A DNA stretch of 64,000 nt, from NCBI GenBank assembly GCA_965218795.1, contig OZ244653.1, forward strand, positions 896,001-960,000, in the 5' to 3' direction. Origin of the DNA: a bacterium (GTDB lineage: Bacteria > UBA8248 > JACPRG01 > G963555815). The notes beneath the pieces were generated by a model that was not told the DNA's origin, ran no database searches, and worked only from the letters and a program-made list of their open reading frames with translations. A program made the translations under genes and the position numbers. Positions 59,436 to 64,000 of the stretch are shown piece after piece. Position 1 is the first letter of the stretch. The number at the start of each line of letters is the position of its first letter.

Positions 59436-60821
59436 CTACTTTTCGAATAACGGCGCCTTTCCCAGATACCCGCTCCACGCGAACCAGTAGGCAATGTGTC
59501 CGGGCAGACGCGATAGTGTCCGCCCGCCGGTCCCGATCAACGCCGCTTCGGTGACCTTCCAGACCTCCTCCCCGGCGGACAGGCGGGCGGGACCCGGACC
59601 CTTCTTGAACTGCCGGCCGCCCGATCGGTACGCCCGGACTGTACGGTTTGCGGCGTCGCCGACGAGCACGATATCCACCACCCCCACCCTGTCGTTGATC
59701 ACTCGCCCGCCTTTGAAGGCCGTCAGCGGCCACGCCTTTTCCGCACCGGTGATCCGCAGTCCAAAGACGTAATCCTTCGGCCGGAGACGCCCGTCCGAGA
59801 CGGCCGCGGGAAACATCAGGGCCGTACTCGAAAAATATTTCCCATACGGTTTTCCTGGCGTGTAATCCCGCTGATGCCCGGTCTTCAACGAGAGCGCTTT
59901 GGTCTCGGGGTGCCCCTTCAGCCATTCCGCCCAGGATGTGATCACCAGGGGCAGCACGTTCAGCCGGATGCCGGAGCCTGTCAGTTTTCCCGCCACGGGC
60001 CGGCCGGTGAACTGGTTCCAGAGGGAATGGGTCTGGTGGTCATACATCAGCTTGTTTGAGCGAAAGAGGAAACCGGACGACCCGAACACAAAGGGCTTCC
60101 TTCTGCCCTCGGTCCTTGTGTCGAACAGAATGCCCGACCCGCACAGGGTGCAATAGGCGAGAGAAACCGGTACACCCCCTACCACGTCGTTCAGCATTTC
60201 GTGCCAGTCCATGATTCGAAGGGGGTAGGCGCGCGCGTCCCCGGCGATTTCCACGCCGAAGACCAAATCCTCGCCCGTCAGATAGTCCGCCTCCTTCGCG
60301 GCGACCAGTTTCGGATTCGTCAGCGCCGGAATCCCGTCCTTCTTGACGCCGCCCCAGACGATCTCCTCCAACCGAATCTCGTGCTTCATCCCCGGCAGCA
60401 GAAAGAGACGGAAGTTTTCGTCGATGAAGGAGAAGAGATCGGCCTGAAATCGATCGTACCCGTCAAAAGGCTTGACTTCGGGGTGGGCCTGCTGCCAGAG
60501 CATCCAGTCGAACCATCTCCCTCCGTTGTCCGCGCCCGTTACGTGCCGCAACACGGACAGGATTTTGGTCTTGTGACCGGGGACGAACCGAAGGACCTTG
60601 ATCAGCGGGGCGGCCATGTCCGGCTTTCCCCGTTGGACAATCCGCATCAACGCCGCATCCCGAATCTCGGAAGCGGGCGCGAATAACGCAATCGCCATCT
60701 CATGGGGCTCATCGATCTGCTCGAAGACGGCTTCGAACTGTTGTGCGATCGCCTTTGCTGGGAAACAACACAGAACCAGCGCCAGCGACGTCGGGATCAG
60801 GCGTTTCTTGAATCCAGCCAT
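59436..60821 (-). CDS. Exported DUF3179-domain protein
   Basis: Signal peptide, GG..DGIPAL, RAYP..I..WHE..ND, YCTLC, SG.L..SN.LMYD..T.SLW, YWFAW. Confidence 0.88.
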   Translation of the reverse strand: MAGFKKRLIPTSLALVLCCFPAKAIAQQFEAVFEQIDEPHEMAIALFAPASEIRDAALMRIVQRGKPDMAAPLIKVLRFVPGHKTKILSVLRHVTGADNGGRWFDWMLWQQAHPEVKPFDGYDRFQADLFSFIDENFRLFLLPGMKHEIRLEEIVWGGVKKDGIPALTNPKLVAAKEADYLTGEDLVFGVEIAGDARAYPLRIMDWHEMLNDVVGGVPVSLAYCTLCGSGILFDTRTEGRRKPFVFGSSGFLFRSNKLMYDHQTHSLWNQFTGRPVAGKLTGSGIRLNVLPLVITSWAEWLKGHPETKALSLKTGHQRDYTPGKPYGKYFSSTALMFPAAVSDGRLRPKDYVFGLRITGAEKAWPLTAFKGGRVINDRVGVVDIVLVGDAANRTVRAYRSGGRQFKKGPGPARLSAGEEVWKVTEAALIGTGGRTLSRLPGHIAYWFAWSGYLGKAPLFEK

Positions 60822-60994
60822 GGACCCTGTCCTCGGGGGACCCGGATGATAGAGGAAGCGGCCTGGGCGGCGGCTATATTTGTCCTCTTCAGCTTCAGTC
60901 GATCGTATACTAAAAAGTGGAAGGCAACCCTTAAAGATTCAAATTGCGGAGCCGCGCGTGAAATTTCAATTCACCATCGGAAAGGGGAAAAACC

Positions 60995-61630
60995 ATGAAC
61001 GCCTTATCGTCACTGGTGCCGGAAGAAACCGCTCTCGTGGTGGTCGACATGCAGAACGGGTACGTGGATCCCGAGGGAGGGCTTGCGCAGGCCGGCATGT
61101 CGATCCCGGATGCGGACACGATTGTGGACAATACGGCAAAACTCGTCCGCGCCTGCCACGATGCCGACATCCCCGTTTTGTTCTCACGCCAGGAGCATTG
61201 GCCGGACGATCACACCCGGGCCAAGCACCGTCTCCCGATGCATCTGTCAAAGAACAAGCTCCGCGTCGCCGAGCGCGGAACCTGGGACTCCGATATCGTT
61301 CCAGCGCTTCAGGAGGAAATCCGGTCCGAGGACCATGTCTTCGTGAAACACCGGATGTCGTGCTTTTTCGACACCAACCTGGACACGAAGCTCCGGATGC
61401 TGGACGCCTCCTTGCTGATCGTTTGCGGACTGGTGACGAACGTCTGCGTGGAATCGACCATCCGGGACGCCTACTTCCGGGATTACGACATCATGGCGGT
61501 CGGTGATGGCATGGGTTCCTGGATACAGGACCTTCACGACGCCACGCTGAAAAACGTCCGGCTCCTGTTTGGGGAGGTTCACTCCACGGAAGAGATGCTT
61601 TCGCTCCTGGGGGTCAAGGCGGCGGTCTGA
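60995..61630 (+). CDS. Isochorismatase-family cysteine hydrolase (RutB-like)
   Basis: Catalytic triad VVDMQN, K (VKHRMS), TNVCVEST.RDAYF.DY. Confidence 0.87.
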   Translation: MNALSSLVPEETALVVVDMQNGYVDPEGGLAQAGMSIPDADTIVDNTAKLVRACHDADIPVLFSRQEHWPDDHTRAKHRLPMHLSKNKLRVAERGTWDSDIVPALQEEIRSEDHVFVKHRMSCFFDTNLDTKLRMLDASLLIVCGLVTNVCVESTIRDAYFRDYDIMAVGDGMGSWIQDLHDATLKNVRLLFGEVHSTEEMLSLLGVKAAV

Positions 61631-61642
61631 TCCCTCCGGGAA

Positions 61643-62650
61643 TCAGTCCCTTTCCCTGAAGGGGGCCATCACGTCCTTGGCGAACCATTCCATCTGCTCG
61701 CGCATTTCCGTAACGGTGTGGGAGGGGAACTGTATCGCCGTGATCTGATCCACTCCGACTCCGTCCAGAAACTCCAGTTGTTCCTGGATGCTGGCGGGGC
61801 TTCCGATCAGGTTGTGGGTCGCGGCGAGGGCGGGATCGCGCCCGGAATGCGCCAGAGATTTCCGGTGGGCGACCATGCCCGTCTTGCCGTATCCGGCCTG
61901 GGCCTCCTCCAGCGTCTTTCCCACGAACAGGGTCAGCTGGACCGCCGCCTCCACCTCGGAAGGGTCCCGTCCCGCCTCCTCGGTGAATTGCCGCAGGAGC
62001 GCCACCCGCTCCTTGAGTTGATCGAAAGGCCGCCAGCCGGGGAGCCACCCCTGCCCGAACCTGGCCGCGCGCTTGATCACCTCGGTGTTGTGCCCGCCCA
62101 CGTAAATCGGGAACGGGTCCTGGACGGGCTTGGGCCGCATGGCGATGTCCTTGAAAGCGATATGCTTTCCTTCGTACGATGCGTCACGCTCAGTGAAGAG
62201 AACCCTCAGCGCCTCCAGGCTTTCGTCGAGCAGATCGCCCCGGCGGGCCTTGCGCATCCGCGGACAGTTGGCCAGGAATTCCTCCCGGTAGGCCCCGATG
62301 CCGACGGCCAGCGTCACCCGCCCGTTTGAGAACCGGTCCAGCGTGCTCACCTGCTTGGCCACGAGGACGGGGTCCCGCACCGGGACCATCAGCACGGCGG
62401 TTCCCAGGCGTATGCGGCTTGTCTGCGCGCCGACCGTCGCCAGGGTCATGAGGACCTCGTAAAAGTTCGGCGGCTCGGAGAATTTCTCCCGGACGTAAGG
62501 CGCAGGCGTGATGTGATCGTTGCCGAACACCCCGTCGTATCCCAAACGTTCGGCGTCCTTCGCCAGCGTGATGAACTCTTCCGGTTTCACGAACTCAACG
62601 GGGTTGACCAGCCCTTCGGTGCAGGTTGGCAACTGAATGCTGAATCTCAT
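61643..62650 (-). CDS. LLM-class, probably F420-dependent oxidoreductase
   Basis: AERLGYD....DH, RLGTAV, AKQVSTLD.FSNGR, PKPVQ.P.PIYVGG. Confidence 0.88.
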   Translation of the reverse strand: MRFSIQLPTCTEGLVNPVEFVKPEEFITLAKDAERLGYDGVFGNDHITPAPYVREKFSEPPNFYEVLMTLATVGAQTSRIRLGTAVLMVPVRDPVLVAKQVSTLDRFSNGRVTLAVGIGAYREEFLANCPRMRKARRGDLLDESLEALRVLFTERDASYEGKHIAFKDIAMRPKPVQDPFPIYVGGHNTEVIKRAARFGQGWLPGWRPFDQLKERVALLRQFTEEAGRDPSEVEAAVQLTLFVGKTLEEAQAGYGKTGMVAHRKSLAHSGRDPALAATHNLIGSPASIQEQLEFLDGVGVDQITAIQFPSHTVTEMREQMEWFAKDVMAPFRERD

Positions 62651-62692
62651 CTTTTCCCTCAGATCACATGTCCGGCCGGCTTCAGGGTTTCC

Positions 62693-63955
62693 TCATCTCG
62701 AATAGCCATATTTCTCACCCAAGGCATGGAGCAGCGCTTCCAGGTCGCCGGGGACCACGGGGATCTCTTCAAGCCGGCTTTCCGTCGCCGCGGGGTCTTT
62801 CAGGCCGGTGGCCGTCAGGACCGCGACGACAACGTCTGATTCCCTCATTTCCCCCGACTCCCGCAGGTTTCGAACCGCGGACAGGGCGGCAAGCGACGAG
62901 GGCTCGGCATAGATGCCCTCCCGCGCGGCCAACTCCGACTGAAGCTCGATGAGGGATTCGTTCGGGGCGGTCGAGGCGAGGCCGTTCGACGCCCGGAGCG
63001 CGTGCAGGGCCTGATACGTACTCTGGGCCACGTTGATGGACCCGGCGACGGAAGGGGAAGGCGTGGACCGGAGGGGGATCGCGTCCAACCCCTCCCGCAA
63101 GGCGGCCTCCAGCGATCCGGCCGTCTCGGCCGCGACCATCCGAGGACTCGATTCAATCCAGCCCATCTCCGCCCACTCGTCGAATCCCTTCCAGATACCG
63201 TACATCGCGTCGCCGTACGCCACGGGGAACACGCAGAAGTCGGGCGCGCGCCAATCGCGCTGCTCGCAAATCTCGTACGCGATGGTCTTGTAGCCGTCCA
63301 CCCCGTAGCAGTTGCTTCCGATGGGAGGACCGAAAAAGGGCGAGGTTGGATACCAGCCCAATTCTCGAATCGCGGCCTGGAGAAGCGTCCAGCGGTCTTC
63401 CTTTTTCTCCGTCGCGACGGTCATGGCCCCGTAGGAGCGGATCTGCGTCACCATGGCCGAGGCCGCCCCGCCCACGGTCAGGACGACGCACGGGAGCCCT
63501 TGTTTTGCTGAATACGCCGCTGCCGCCGCTCCGGCGTTTCCGGTCGAGCTGACGCCGACCGTCTCCGCGCCGAACCGGGCGGCCATGGCGAGGGCCACCA
63601 CGGCAAGCCGGTCCTTGAACGAGCCGGTCGGATTACGGGATTCATCCTTGAGGTAGAGATTCGGGACTCCGAGGCGAGCGCCCAAGGCGGAGCAGTGGAC
63701 AAGGGGCGTCCCCCCCTCTTCCAGGGAAGCCACATCCTCCATGTCCGGCGGAAGGCACTCGCGGTAGCGCCACATATTGAAAGGACGGCCGGCCAGGATC
63801 TCTTTTTGGAGGGCGGACCGGATCCCTGCGTCATCGTACGTCGGCGTAAGGTTGGACGGCGCTTCGGCCGCGCATTTCGGGCAGCCGTCGAACCTCGGCT
63901 CGATGGGATACTCCGCGCCGCAGCGGATGCATTCGAGCCCGCTCAGAAAACTCAT
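62693..63955 (-). CDS. Threonine-synthase-like PLP enzyme with N-terminal zinc ribbon
   Basis: CIRC...CPKC, EGGTPL, NPTGSFKDR, SSTGNAG, GYKTIAYE, EPSS, TATGLKD. Confidence 0.9.
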   Translation of the reverse strand: MSFLSGLECIRCGAEYPIEPRFDGCPKCAAEAPSNLTPTYDDAGIRSALQKEILAGRPFNMWRYRECLPPDMEDVASLEEGGTPLVHCSALGARLGVPNLYLKDESRNPTGSFKDRLAVVALAMAARFGAETVGVSSTGNAGAAAAAYSAKQGLPCVVLTVGGAASAMVTQIRSYGAMTVATEKKEDRWTLLQAAIRELGWYPTSPFFGPPIGSNCYGVDGYKTIAYEICEQRDWRAPDFCVFPVAYGDAMYGIWKGFDEWAEMGWIESSPRMVAAETAGSLEAALREGLDAIPLRSTPSPSVAGSINVAQSTYQALHALRASNGLASTAPNESLIELQSELAAREGIYAEPSSLAALSAVRNLRESGEMRESDVVVAVLTATGLKDPAATESRLEEIPVVPGDLEALLHALGEKYGYSR

Positions 63956-64000
63956 CGTCCAGGCTCCGTATTCTGATCGCCCACGATCTCAAGCCCCCGG
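63952..64000 (-). CDS. 3' end of an upstream gene, truncated by window edge
   Basis: Open frame RGLEIVGDQNTEPGR* whose TGA overlaps the downstream ATG (ATGA). Confidence 0.35.
   Translation of the reverse strand, partial: RGLEIVGDQNTEPGR

Noticed and set aside
59436-60821. Selenocysteine recoding in DUF3179 or the molybdoenzymes
   Set aside because: No in-frame TGA; Cys occupies the motif (YCTLC).
61643-62650. RutA assignment for the LLM next to the RutB-like gene
   Set aside because: Convergent orientation, and the motifs fit the F420-type subfamily rather than RutA/SsuD monooxygenases.
1-64000. CRISPR array, rRNA, integrase or transposase
   Set aside because: No regularly spaced repeats or corresponding motifs noticed by eye.

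Overview
GC-rich bacterial chromosomal window. The first ~10.7 kb is mostly housekeeping: comEC and cobB (each interrupted by an apparent single extra A), hisS, fxsA, a TrkA-domain K+ channel, a CGNR zinc-finger protein, ssnA-like hydrolase, an SNase-like lipoprotein and ubiE/menG. The remaining ~53 kb is a dense heterocycle-catabolism region in which I see no transcription-factor gene. It holds (i) a recognisable furoate/furandicarboxylate (hmf) module: hmfF-like UbiD, hmfD, hmfE, hmfABC, plus an extra PaaK-type ligase and an amidohydrolase; (ii) a second, divergent hmf-like module of unknown substrate; (iii) an operon with an orphan DMSO-reductase-family Mo enzyme, LLM oxidoreductase, MoaD-like protein, three EamA paralogs and an ATP-dependent hydantoinase pair; and (iv) a TRAP/rutD/rutC/cyclic amidohydrolase/rutB-like cluster lacking rutA. 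The most unusual element is a ~760 bp islet at 48.73-49.49 kb. It is bounded by inverted ~70-bp copies of a sigma70-promoter plus tandem NrdR-box-like cassette, and encloses a zinc-ribbon ORF and a non-canonical, possibly chimeric tRNA-Cys-like gene. All functional calls come from motif recognition; no database searches were run.
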